A DNA stretch of 64,000 bases, taken from the NCBI RefSeq assembly GCF_006345805.1, contig NC_043012.1, positions 1,674,001 through 1,738,000 of the forward strand, given 5' to 3'. Numbering within the stretch: position 1 is the first letter of the stretch; the number at the start of each line of letters is the position of its first letter. This DNA comes from Octopus sinensis (lineage: Eukaryota). Position numbers and translations under genes: made by a program. The notes below the pieces were generated by a model. That model had not been told where the DNA came from. It saw only the letters and a program-made list of their open reading frames with translations, and did not search any database. This document shows positions 11,613-24,816 of the stretch, one piece after another.

Positions 11613-14600
11613 CACATATATGTACAAATATATACATATACACACACACACATATGTGTGTGTATACAGATACATGTGTCATTATAATCAAAAGACACAT
11701 CGCTCATGCAAATGTTCTTGTTGGCATTTCTCTTGTCAATAAACTACCCTCTTGCTTTGTGCCTTCAGAGATTTGTGGAATAAGAGACCCCTTACTTGAA
11801 AAACAGGTAAAACTTGGCCTAAGGAAGGGCATCATCTAGCTGTTAAAGAAAAAATTTCCCTTGGTGACATAGTCATCTAACCTTGTTAACATGAAAAAAA
11901 AAAAGGATGTAAAACAGATGAATGAAAATAACAGTTGCGCCTTACCTTTTCAACCAATCAACCGTGCAGGTAGCACCTAGGCCTGGCATAGAATACTCTG
12001 CACTTCGATCTTTGCTAAATGTAGATAACATTTTAGCATAACCTTGGAAACAGCCACTTCCTTGGATTGAGAATATCAAGTAGACCGTTTTGCCATCCTG
12101 AAATGAAAATTACCATTGTAAGATGGCACTCACATTTTTAGGAAATTAACCACCCCCCTCTTTCCCTCACCCCTGATCCAATATCTGTAGTCTCTCTCAT
12201 ACTCACCTTCTTGTACTGTGGTACCTCTTTGCTACCATCTTCATGTTCTTTCCAGCTCCCACATCCACTCTTACATGATGCCAAGTGATGGTATGTTTTG
12301 GCATTACCTTGCAAACAGTTTCATCTTTTTTCCAGCTACCCCCATCTACCCTTACATGATGCCAAGTGACAGTATGTTCTGGCATCCCCTTGCTACCATC
12401 TTCATGTTCTTTCTAGCTACCCCTATCCACCCTTACATGATGCCAAGTGAGGGTATGTTCCGGCATCCCCTTGCTACCATCTTCATGTTCTTTCTAGCTA
12501 CCCCTATCCACCCTTACATGATGCCAAGTAAGGGTATGTTCTGGCATCTCCTTGCTACCATCTTCATGTTCTTTCCAGCTACCCCTATCCACCCTTACAA
12601 AATGCAATGTAGCTGAGTATCTTCCCTGTACCCAGGCACCTGAGCAGGTCTCTTTATCATGCTTTATCCTCTCAAGACCAGACACCACAGAAAGTTACCA
12701 ACTCCTCCCTCAAATACACTTACATTCAATCAAAGGAGGTTTTTTTTTTTTTCTTTTCGTCTTACAAGTTACTTGGGTGACCTCACTAGTGCCAATGGCA
12801 TGAAAAATGTGCCCAGTACACACTGTAAAATGGTTGGCGTTAAGAACAGCATCCAGCCATAGAATCCATGCCAAAGCTGACACAGAGCATAATGCAATCA
12901 GCTTTTTGGATCCTGTCAAACCATCCAACCATGCCAGCACAGAAAGCCTACACTGATGATAATGATGACGATTTGCAGCCCCCCCCCCCAATAACAGCTG
13001 AATTAACTCTTTAGCATTCAGATTACTCTGTCAAATGTAAGGCTTATTCACTCACACTGCTTTGCATTAATCATGCATTGTCTCAGAGCTCCCAACAAAA
13101 CAGAAGAGAAGAAATTATGTTTCTTGATTACCCACAAGGGGCTAAACACAGAGGGGACAAACAAGGTCTAATGAATTAAGTCGATTACATCGACCCCAGT
13201 GCGTAACTGGTACTTAATTTATCGACCCCGAAAGGATGAAAGGCAAAGTCGACCTCGGCGGAATTTGAACTCAGAACGTTAGGGCTACACATTTCGCCCG
13301 GCGTGCTAACGGTTCTGCCAGAAGAGAAGAAATTAGATGATGATGGCAATGACAACGATGATGATGATAATGAAGGTGATGACGATGACAGTATGAAGCT
13401 GATAGCAAAGAGGCAACGGGAAACTTAAAACCAAGAAAAGAGAAGAAATTTTTAAAAAAAACCAAAAAAAAAAACCCCAGAAACCCCCTACCTGGAAAGC
13501 CTTGTTGAGTTTCTTCTCGTTATTCGGGGACGTAGTCCAGATGGACTTGCTGAATGAGGTGTCCAAGTTGCGCTGGTTGTTGCACTTCATAAGAAACATC
13601 CGACAAGGATGTGAAGACGTGGCCCCGGGGTCTTTTTCCGATCGCTTGGTAGGGGATGAAGGCTGTGACGTGTCACCTGGGGTGTTAGGTCGACTACCTT
13701 GATAGTTGATGTTGCCACTCAAACTCAGGTTACTGTTGAAGTGGGACAGGTTGCTGTTGTTGCCTGTTTTGTTATCACAACGGTATTCTGGGAGGAAAAA
13801 GAAAAAAACATTCTTTGTTATTACAAAATATTTATTATTATTATTATTATTATTATCATTGAGTGAGAGAGCAGTGCATGCCATCAAAGTGACACTGGGG
13901 TAAAATATACGAAGTTCAGAATACCCATCATGGCTACCCATCAGATAAGGGTACACCAGGTACATGCATCACAACCATATGTTCACAACATGGTGATCTC
14001 ATATCAAGATAAACAGGGCATGACCTTGCAGGTGGGGACCAGTTAGAATCTTCTTCAGGTCGAGTAGCCCATCCCACTCAAAAGGTCCCTGAATAAGGGT
14101 TGTTTAACCCTTTCGTTACTAACCGAGCTGAAACCGGCTCTGGCTCTGAGTACAAATGTCTTGTTTGCATAAGTTTTGAATTAAAATCTCCCACCAAACC
14201 TTAGTCACAATTTATGTCCCTAACACTAGCTGAATGATAACTAAGTTATTTTACTAAATTTTTTGTTATATTTAAAGTAATTAAAAGAAATACAGAGCCC
14301 CTCAAAGTAAATACAGTAACAAAAGGGTTAAGTATGTTGAATGAAACACTCATGTTTCCAGAGGCAAATTATTCAAACTCCAAAGAATACCTATCAACAC
14401 ATGGCTATGATGTTCCCCAACTACTTCTGTTGATGATCAGAGATGCAGAAATCGTAAGCCACCAAGAGACATGCTCAACTGGTTAAGGTTAAACAAACAT
14501 TATTATTATTATCACGGTAGCAAGCTGGCAGTATCATTAGCAAGCCAGGCAAAATGCTTAGTGGCATTTCATCTGTCTTCACGTTCTGAGTTCAAATTCT

Positions 14601-17600
14601 GCCGAGGTCAAATTTGCCTTTTATCCTTTCAGGGTCAATTATATAAGCACTAGTGATGCACTGGGGTTGATGTAATCAATTTAGGCCCTCCTCACAAATT
14701 TCGGACCAGGAGCCTTTAGTAGAAATTATTATTATTATTATTTAAGGTGGTGAGCTGGCAGAATCCTTAGCACCCCAGGCAAAATGCTTAGCAGCATTTC
14801 GCACATTTTATATAATCAACTCAACCCCTCCCCTGAAATTGCTAGCCTTATGCCAAAATTCTATTTTCCTTCCTCTTCCCTTAATCTGTGTGTGTATATA
14901 TAACACTCCTTTACTCATTGCCTGCCATCAAGCCTAGTATGTGCATTCATCCTGCACCTCCTATGCAAACTCTCTCTTTCCCATCTCTCTGTGTGTTGTA
15001 AAGTCTGCTTGGAGAAATTAAGGAACTGACCTCACTGTGTGTGTGTGTGTGGTGTGTGCATGCGCATCCATGTCTTGACATCACATGAAGGTCATAAGTA
15101 AGCATCACCATCAAGCAAGTGATGTTTTCATTTGTAATCTTCTTGGAGGAAAAAAAACACACATCTGGACAAGGGAAAATAACTTTTCTGGAAACAGGAG
15201 GGGGTTGATGACAGAAAGAGCATCCAGGTGTGGAAAATTTGTCTCGAAAAATTCCATCTGACTCCTGCAACTAGCTAATATATCATCATCATCATTGTTT
15301 AATGCCCGTTTTCCATGCTGGCATGGATAGAATGGTTTGACATGAGTTGGCCAGCCAGGGAGCAATCTAGACTCCAATTGTCTGTTTTGGGATAATTTCT
15401 ATGGCTGGACGCTCTTCCTAACACCAACCATTTTACAGAGCATGCCAGATGCTCTTTACATGCCACTGCCAGGTGTTTATATATACTACGAGTGAAGATG
15501 AGAGAATAATATATGCATACATATATATACTAGCAGTATCGCCCGGCGTTGCTCAGGTTTGTAAGGGAAATAACTATAAAGCATTTTTAGAGTTATAGCC
15601 AAAAAATAGCAAAAAAATGGAAAAAAATGATGGTAAATTTTTTTTTTAGTTAAAAAAGGTGGAGTTGCGTCCCCTAGACAGTTTGCGGTTTGTGTTTCTG
15701 ATTCTCGACCCCATGTCGAATTTATCGATTTTTTTCAGAACTGGGGGAACTTTTCAAAATTTTTCGCTGCGTTAGTTTTGAATTATGACATTGGGCTATG
15801 TGTGTGTCAAGTTTCATCAGAATCGGTTGAAAGCCGTGGTCAGGGTAAGGGTACAAGCAAACAGACACACAGAAACACGCACAGACAAACTGCCGTTTAT
15901 ATAGAGAGAGATATATATATATAAAATACAGTGTACATTTAAACACATAAGGAATCCACTCATGGGATTCAACATGCTAGAAAGAACAGCTAGGTTCTAT
16001 AACCACAAAATTAGGGATAAAATTCGATAGGAACGAAATGAAAAAACCAAAACATTTTACCATCTAATTAGATATATATATATATATGTAAGTATATTGT
16101 TATTTTACCTATCACTACTATAATTATTTCTACTTGATAAATTTTACTATTTAATGTTTCTTGCAATGAACCCATTAACAAACTAATTACTAATTACAGG
16201 TGACATTGATGAAATTTATATTTCTCATATACTAAGAAATAAGCAAATCTTATAAATTTCTTTAATGTTTCTTTGACAAAATAAGGAAATTAGATTTAAA
16301 GCTCTTAATTTTCATGCACTAATTATCTTGGAGGACAATGGGCTAGTGAATATAAGCAATGATTAAGTGATAATTGTAGCAGCTTAGCTAGAGGATAAGA
16401 GTTCAATTCCTGGATCAATATAAAAAAAAATAATATACTATAGTTAAGTGAAATGAGCAAAGGACATCACCAGTATGATATTAAAGTTAGTTTTAAAGAG
16501 CTTAATTTCCCTTAATTACCTTACAGGATTAGTGAATATAAATACTAAGTGTTTGAGAACTCAGTTTCATGGATCAACCAAACAATTACAGATTCAAGTG
16601 GAACATGCTAGAGGCATCACAAAAGAAATAACCCTGGCATGGACAACTTTTATTTAAGGGTTGTTCCCCGCCTCCTTCACTTAATAAGCCTCTAATTTAA
16701 TACTTTTGCTATTATATTTCTGTTGAAATATACTGCTTTTGTTTAATTTTGAAAAGAAAGAATTTGGCAAAATAACTCTGCCATTATTAACCCTTGAGCA
16801 TTCAGCTCACTTTGACAAATGTAACGCTTATTTATGAACATCGAAACAAATATCAATGGAAATAGTAGTTGTGATACCTGTGCCGGTGGTATATAAAAAG
16901 CACCATCCGAACATGGCCGTTGCCAGCGCCGCCTCGACTGGCTTCTGTGCCAGTGGCACATAAAAAGCACCATCTGAACGTGGCCGATGCCAGCGCAGCC
17001 TCGACTGGCTTCTGTGCCGGTGGCACACAAAAAGCACCATCCGAACATGGCCGATGCCAGCGCCGCCTCGACTGGCTTCTGTGCCGGTGGCACAGAAAAA
17101 GCACCATCCGAATGTGGCTGGCTTCCGTGCCGGTGGCACATTAAAAGCACTAACCGATCGTGGCCGATGCCAGACCCCCCTGGCACCTGTGCAGGTGGCA
17201 CGTAAAAAGCACCCACTACACTCGCAGAGTGGTTGGTGTTAGGAAGGGCATCCAGCTGTAGAAATACTGCCAGATCAGACTGGAGCCTGGTGCAGCCCCT
17301 GGTTTCCCAGACCCTGGTCGAACCGTCCAACCCGTGCTAGCGCGGAAAACGGATGTTAAACGATGATGATGATGATGATGATGATTGTTTCGAATTAATC
17401 ATGCATTATCTCATAGCTTTGAGATTTTGATGAGGCAACTGTTAATCCTTTAGAATGACATTATAAGGTAGATGGTAAAGGCTAATCTGGCCAGTTTGAA
17501 CATAAAACAGGTGGAATATTTTGGCCAGATATGGTCAGTTTAAATGCTAAAGGGTCAAACCACTGTTTAGAATTTCTTATGAAATTTTAATGGAAGGTTT

Positions 17601-20600
17601 TAATTTAATTTTTTAGCAATTAAACCAGCCATATCCAGCCAAAATATTCTCCATTTTATGCTCAAACTGGTCAAATCCGGCCTATCACATCTACCCTACA
17701 ATGCTGGTCTAAAAATTATATAGGCAAGGATTTGAAACTGGGACCTGTGAGTTTGCTGCCCGATTACTGTATCCACTCAACTTCATCTTTTACCTTTTAA
17801 CTGTTTCGATTATTAGAGTTTGGTCATGCTGGAGTACCACCTTAAAAAAATTTTAGTCGAATATATCAACCGTGGTATTATTTTTTTTTAAGCGTAGTAT
17901 TTATTCTGTCGAGTCCCTTTTGCAGAACCACTACACTACTGGGACGTAAACATACCAAATTTGGTTCAGAAACAGTTGGGTGTGGGGTGGGGCACAGATA
18001 GACACACACACATACATACATATATACGAAGGGCTTCTTTCAATCTCCATCTATCAAATCCACTCACAAGGCTTTGGTCGGCCTGAGGCTTGAATAGAAG
18101 ACACTTGCCCATGGTGTTATGCAGTGAGACTGAACCTGAAACCTTGTGGTTGGGAAGTAAGCTTCTTATCACACAGCCACACCTGCACATGAGTTTGTTT
18201 CTGCAATGCATACTCATTTGCAAATGGAGGGATAACAGTGGTTAGGGCCAGTCAATTATATGATGTGGGTTTCACAGAAACAGTAGTATTTAACCAGGAT
18301 TTCTCTCGCTCTCTCTCACACACACACATACATAATGGGCTTCTTTCAGTTTCCATCTACCAAATCCACTCACAAAGCTTTGGCCAACCTGAGGCTATAT
18401 TTGAACACACTTGCCCTAAGTGCCATGCAGTGGGACTGAACCAAGAACCCTGAAGTTGGGATGCAAGCTTCTTACCTCAAAGCCACACCTGCAGCTTGTT
18501 GGTTTCTGCAATACATACACATTTGCACAGGGAGAGAGAACAGGTGTTAGGGCCAGGTAATTACATGATAAGGGTTTCATAGAAACAGTATTATTTTACA
18601 AGGACCTCTCTCTCACACACACACACACACACAGGGAAGTAACAGCAGAGATTATCATATGTTAGAGATTATCATGTATTAGAAGGCTTTAAGGAATTTT
18701 AGATTTGTTATTCCAAAATGGAATGTGGGTTGTGAGTCTGAAGTTCGAAGATCACTAATTGTAATTAATTCCAAAATTTAAGCAAGAACCAAAGAAAGAC
18801 ATAATGAAATAACAGCAACAAAACAAACAGCAACAACAGCAGCAGCAACAACAATGGAAACAGCAATTAGAACAATTGCAATTACTTGTGGAATCTTTCT
18901 TTTTGGAAGATGCACTTAGTGCTGAACTTCGTTTAGCCATCCGCGACCGGTCGTCATTCTGGTCTTCAGAATCAATACAACTTTGGTTACCAACACTAGA
19001 GAGAATTGATTCCGCAGCTGAAGAATGCAAATAAAGAGAATATTTCAAGGAATGGTTACAAAGCATTATTGGCTCGAAATGTTTAAATGTCTGAGACCAA
19101 TCATTAATTAAGACTACAATTATTTCAAATTATTAATTAACCTCATTTTTTAGAGATGAAAAATAAAAGAAAAAAATGAAAGGGTTTCTTTAGTATTTAC
19201 ATCTGCACTATGGTCTGATCAGTTTGATCTCAGCTCATCTTAATATATGATAACAGACTGGGTTCAAATGAAGGAAGTTCATTTTGAAACCAAGATCAAA
19301 TCCAATCTGGTAATAAGTATACATCCAGGGATAAATCATTTGATGATATTTGAAGACAGTATAAACATAAATATTGCTAACAAATTTGAGGTTAATAGTC
19401 AAAGACATTAATCACCATTTTTAATCTAGATGCAACTTGATATAAAAAAAAAAAACTACTGGTCTATCATCATCATTATAACAACTATATTGTATTTTCC
19501 AGGACCTGTATTTCAAAGGGCCAGCCTTGTTGCATTCTGTGTTACACTGAATCTCCCTGAGAACTTATATTAATGGTACGCATGTCTGAGGAGTGCTCGG
19601 CCACTTTCACGTTAATTTCCCAAGCAGGCTGTTCAATTGATCAGTGTACTTTTTTTATTTTGTACTTATTTCCAGCATTGAACTGTTACAATATCTGGGG
19701 TACCGTCCTTCAGCATGTTTTAGACGAAGTAATACTTACCCATTGAAATGGGTCTTTGTCCAATACCTGCAGGCTGTTGCAAGCCAAGTTCTCTCTCTTC
19801 TGTTACCAACACTTCAACAATAGATCGCACGATAGCCTGACAAGGCAGAGAGAGAGAGAGAGACACAACAATAAGGAAACAATGAGGAAAGCATAGACCT
19901 TTACATGTTTTTCATTTAAAAAAATGCTTCAACAAAGGCACAAGGTGAGAAATATTCTTAGGTAAACAGTGGTGGGATGGTTAGTTCATTAAATTTTGAC
20001 TCTAGTATTGGCCCTGAAAGAATGAAGATCAAACTTCACACTTGCTGTGTTTGAACTCAAAACCTGAAGACACATAACTAAACAGCAGATTGTTGATTGC
20101 TTTACGGAAACTACCAAATAACTACCTTGTTCCTATTGATGATGATGATAACAGTAATGACTTCAAAGTTCGGCACAAGGCCAGCAGTTTTGGAGGATGG
20201 GGTCAAGTCAACTAAATCCACCCCAGTGCTCAAATGGTACTTATTTATCGAACTCATAAAGATCAAAGGCAAAGCCAGTCTCAATGGAATTTGAACCCAG
20301 AACATAAAAACACGAAATGTCACTAAGCATCTTGTCTTGCATAGTAAATGATTTTGCCGTGGCACGTTAAAAGTACCGACCGATCGTGGCCGATGCCAGA
20401 CCCCCCTGGCACCTGTGTAGGTAGCACGTAAAAAGCACCCACTACACTCGCGGAGTGGTTGGCGTTAGGAAGGGCATCCAGCAGTAGAAACACTACCAGA
20501 TCAGACTGGAGCCTGGTGCAGCCCCTGGCTTCCCAGAACCGTCCAACCCGTGCTAGCGCGGAAAACGGACGTTAAACGATGATGATGATCATGATGATGA

Positions 20601-23600
20601 TGATGATCACCGCTTTATCCAAAAAATAAGAGTATTAATACTTTCTGTTATAGGCACAAGGCCAGAAATCTTGGGGGAGGATGTTAACATTGACCCAAGG
20701 TTTCTTGTAGTATAGCAGGTACATGGCTTACATACATTAGTTAGAGGTGGGTGAGAGAAATAATATACATGCGGTTACAAATGTAGAAGTAGGGAGCATT
20801 CAATGGTACGAAGGAAGAAAGAGAGAAGCGTGGGCAAGTCTGTGGTTGTGTAAATATGTGTTAATAAGATGACAACAACATCTACGGAAATATTTACCTC
20901 ATCAGTTTGAGTCCAAGGTTTTGACGGAGCTCGCATTCGTCTGATAAACAAACTGTACCACTTCTGTCTCAACTGAAGAACTAAGGAAGAACTCTGGAAG
21001 CAAAACCAACGATATTAGAGGATAAGTTACAAATTGATGACAACGATAATGATGACAAGGGTTTCCTGAGAAGTCAAAGAGCATTCACAAGGTATGTTAT
21101 CCAACAGGTATTCTGATTGCATTTGGTAATACCAACTGCCCAGCAGTCAGCACTAGCAGAATATGCTATTCAACAGGCACTTTGCATGTGTTTGCTAATA
21201 CAGTTGTCATATAGTCAGCATTGTTAGAATATGCTATTTAACAGGCACTCTGAGTGTATTTATTTGGTAATACAATTGTCCAGCGGTCAGACAGCACAAG
21301 TAGAATATGCTATTTAACATAAATTCTGAGTGCATTTGGTAATACAGCTGTCTAGCAGTCAGAATAAGCAGAATATGCTATTGAGCAGACACACTGTGTG
21401 CATTTGATAATAAGGTAGTCCAGAAGTCAGCACTAGTTAAATAAGCTATTCAACAGGCACTTTGTGTGTTTGGTAATAGAGTTGCCCAGCAGTCAGATAG
21501 CACCAGCAAAATATGCTATTTAACAGGCATTCAGAGTGCATTTAGTAGAGTTGTCCAGTGGTTCAAGTCCTGTCAGTGAGTACGTTGCCCTTTTCTAGCT
21601 CAAACTGACAGCCACGCTTGATACTAGACTTTATAAATATGGTGTGTATGCATGTGTGTGTTTAGACTGTTTTAGGTCAATCTCAGAACATGGGACAACA
21701 TAAGGAGTCATCATAATTGTATGGGGGAAAGAAAGCCTACCTCAGAATCAACTTGGAAAGATAACCATTCATCGAGACGAAGCGAAGATTTCTTCATTTC
21801 CTCATTCTCCTCCTCTCCACTGTCACTGACATTATCAAGATCATGGGGCCTGGTGAAATCATGGCATTTTCTCTCATCTATATGGAAAAAAAAAACAAAC
21901 AATAATATCGGTTTCAAATTTTGGCACAAAACCAGCAATTTTGGGGGAGGGGTTTAAACCAATTACATAGACGACAGTGTTCAAGTGGGACTTACTTAAG
22001 GAGAGGGGCTTTCTCCGTCCGGGTTGCGGATCCGTGGAACAAGCTGCTAGACGAGATGGTGAAGATGCCGATGACCGCTTTGTTCAAAGTCTCCCTTGAC
22101 CTCAAGTGACCTGAACTCTTTACATGAACACCACCCTATACATAACTCCATGTCCCCCTACATGGCCTTGCTTTTTGCTTTTTGAGCCAAAAAATTAACT
22201 AACTAACTAACTAACTAACTTTATTGACACCGAAAGGGATGAAAGGCAAAAAATCACCCTCAGCAGAACTTGAACTCAGGATATAAGGATGGACAAAATG
22301 CCATGAAACATTTTGCCTGGTGTGCTAACAATTCTGCCAGCTCACTGCCTTAAATAACAGAATAATATTAAATAATTTTTGTTTGGGTGCAGGCATGGCT
22401 GTGTGGTTAAGAACTTTGCTTCCAGACCACTTGTTTTCAGGTTCAGTCCCCCACTGCCTGGCACCTTGGGCAAGTGTCTTCTACTATGGTCCCAGGTAAA
22501 CCAAATTCTTGTGAGTGGGGGATTTCATTGACAAATATTTAAAGGAGAATCAATGTCATCTCCCAAGTTCTAGACAGGTACTTCATTTTATTGACCCCGA
22601 AAAGATGAAAGGCAAAGCTGACCTCAACAGAGTCTGAACTCAGAACATAAATAGCCACACAGGGCAGTTTTTCCAATGGTTTAACAAATCTGCCAGCTTC
22701 CTGTAAATCAGCGGTTCCCAAATTTATTTTAGGGTGCCGCCCCCTTGGCACCCAGGCCACATTCCTAGCACCATGCCCACCAACTCATCACCACAAATTT
22801 AAACCATATTCTACAGCAAATTCAAAACAGGGGTGGCTGTGTGGTAAGTAGCTTGCTTACCAACCACATGGTTCCGGGTTCAGTCCCACTGCGTGGCACC
22901 TTGGGCAAGTGTCTTCTACTATATATATATGTGTGTATGTATATGTTTGTGTGTCTGTGTTTGTCCCCCCAACATCGCTTGACAGCTGATGCTGGTGTGT
23001 TTACGTCCCTGTCACTTAGCGGTTCGGCAAGAAAGATTGATAGAATAAGTACTAGGCTTACAAAGAATAAGTTCTGGGGTCAATTTGTTCGACTAAAAGC
23101 AGTGCTCAAGCATGGCCACAGTCAAATGACTGAAACAAATAAAAGAATAATTATTCTTAACCTAAAAAAACCCATTATTCTGGGTTTTTTTAACATCCAT
23201 TGCCCCGTTTAGCCAGCCCAATATTGCCCTCCTTTTCTTCAATGGGTACAATACAAACAGCAGGTTTCTGCACAGGTTTTATTTACCAGTTTCACGAACA
23301 AGCCTTGGGCCAACTCAAATAAAAAAAAAAAGGCTCATGTTTGAGATTTTGAGCACTGGGGTTGAATCTGGAATCTGGTAATTGCAAAGAGAACTTCATA
23401 ATTGTTTAGCCATACTGTATCTACTTTCCTCTCTAAAGAGTTAATTAATGAAGTAAATTGTCCAAAAAATTAATTTTAATTTATCAATTCAGTTATAGGT
23501 TAATATTTGCAGCAAGAACAAAAGTAAAGTTCTATAGCAGTAAAACACACACACACACATGTACAGACACATACACATCACCATCATCATCATTTAACAT

Positions 23601-23654
23601 CCATTGTCCATGCTGGCATGGGTTGGATGAGTTGCACATATGCACGAAGATGTT

Positions 23655-23702
<48 letters not shown>

Positions 23703-24782
23703 TCAACTGTAAAACAAATAAAAACTAATGACCCTCACCAATCTGTCCACTTTCTGCTTCTTTAATGACCTCTGGGGACAACTTGGCAGGCCCTGCAAAT
23801 AAGGCGACGGTGATGGGTGAGATGACTGTACAACAGCGTACAAAGGCCAAACTACTGTTACGTGACATCTCCTCGTAGATAATCCAGTCCGAAGGGAATG
23901 AAGAGAGGTCAGTGTTACGCTGGCTCGCCGACAGATTAGGACTGAACACGGACAAATTGTGCAATCGAATTTTCATCTCTTTTCTGAAATAAAAACAATA
24001 ACAACAACAATAATAATAATAACAACAAGAGCTGTGGAGTCAAAATCATGGAGTTAGAATTGGAAGCAATTAAGGGGCAGCTAGAGTCAGAGTTGGCAAA
24101 AGTATACCAACTCCAACACACAATATCTTAATTCATAACATATATATATTTCTTTACTACCCACAAGGGGCTAAACACAGAGGGGACAAACAAGGACAGA
24201 CAAACGGATTAAGTCGATTACATCGACCCCAGTGCATAACTGGTACTTAATTTATCGACCCCGAAAGGATGAAAGGCAAAGTCGACCTCGGCAGAATTTG
24301 AACTCGGAACGTAACGACAGACGAAATACGGCTACGCATTTCGCCCAGCATGCTAACGTTTCTGCCAGCTCGCCGCCTTAACATATAGTCATAACATATA
24401 GGCCTACTCAAAGTACAAGCGTATGCATATGCTTTATGAGATATGTAGACCAGAACCACTTAATTACATAAAGAAGAGTCAGAGAGTCAGAGGTGCCAAT
24501 AGTAGAGGAGTCGAAGTTTTGTGTTTCAACTCTGCAGCCCTGGTAAATAACAACAACTATAAGAATAATTCTGTCTAATTTTGGGACAAGGCCTTAAATT
24601 TTGAGGGGTGGGTTAATCGATTACATCGACCCCAGTGTTTAATTGGCACTTAATATTACTGACCCTAAAAGGTTGAAATGTAAAGTAGACCTTGGTGGAA
24701 TTTGAACTCAGAATGTAGGAGCCACAAGAAATACTGCAAAACATTTTGTCTGGTATGCTAATGATTCTGCCAGCTTGCTGTC

Positions 24783-24816
<34 letters not shown>

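Noticed and set aside
12203-12688. ORFs with 27-aa repeats
   Set aside because: Explained by the 81-bp repeat unit; no splice or homology support.
14947-15377. Minus-strand ORFs as a possible extra YTHDC2 exon
   Set aside because: No homology, no clear donor, and the chain is already phase-complete without it.
21118-21560. Regularly spaced repeats resembling a CRISPR array (also at 16879 and 25987)
   Set aside because: Eukaryotic intron, spacers are homologous to each other, and there are no cas genes.
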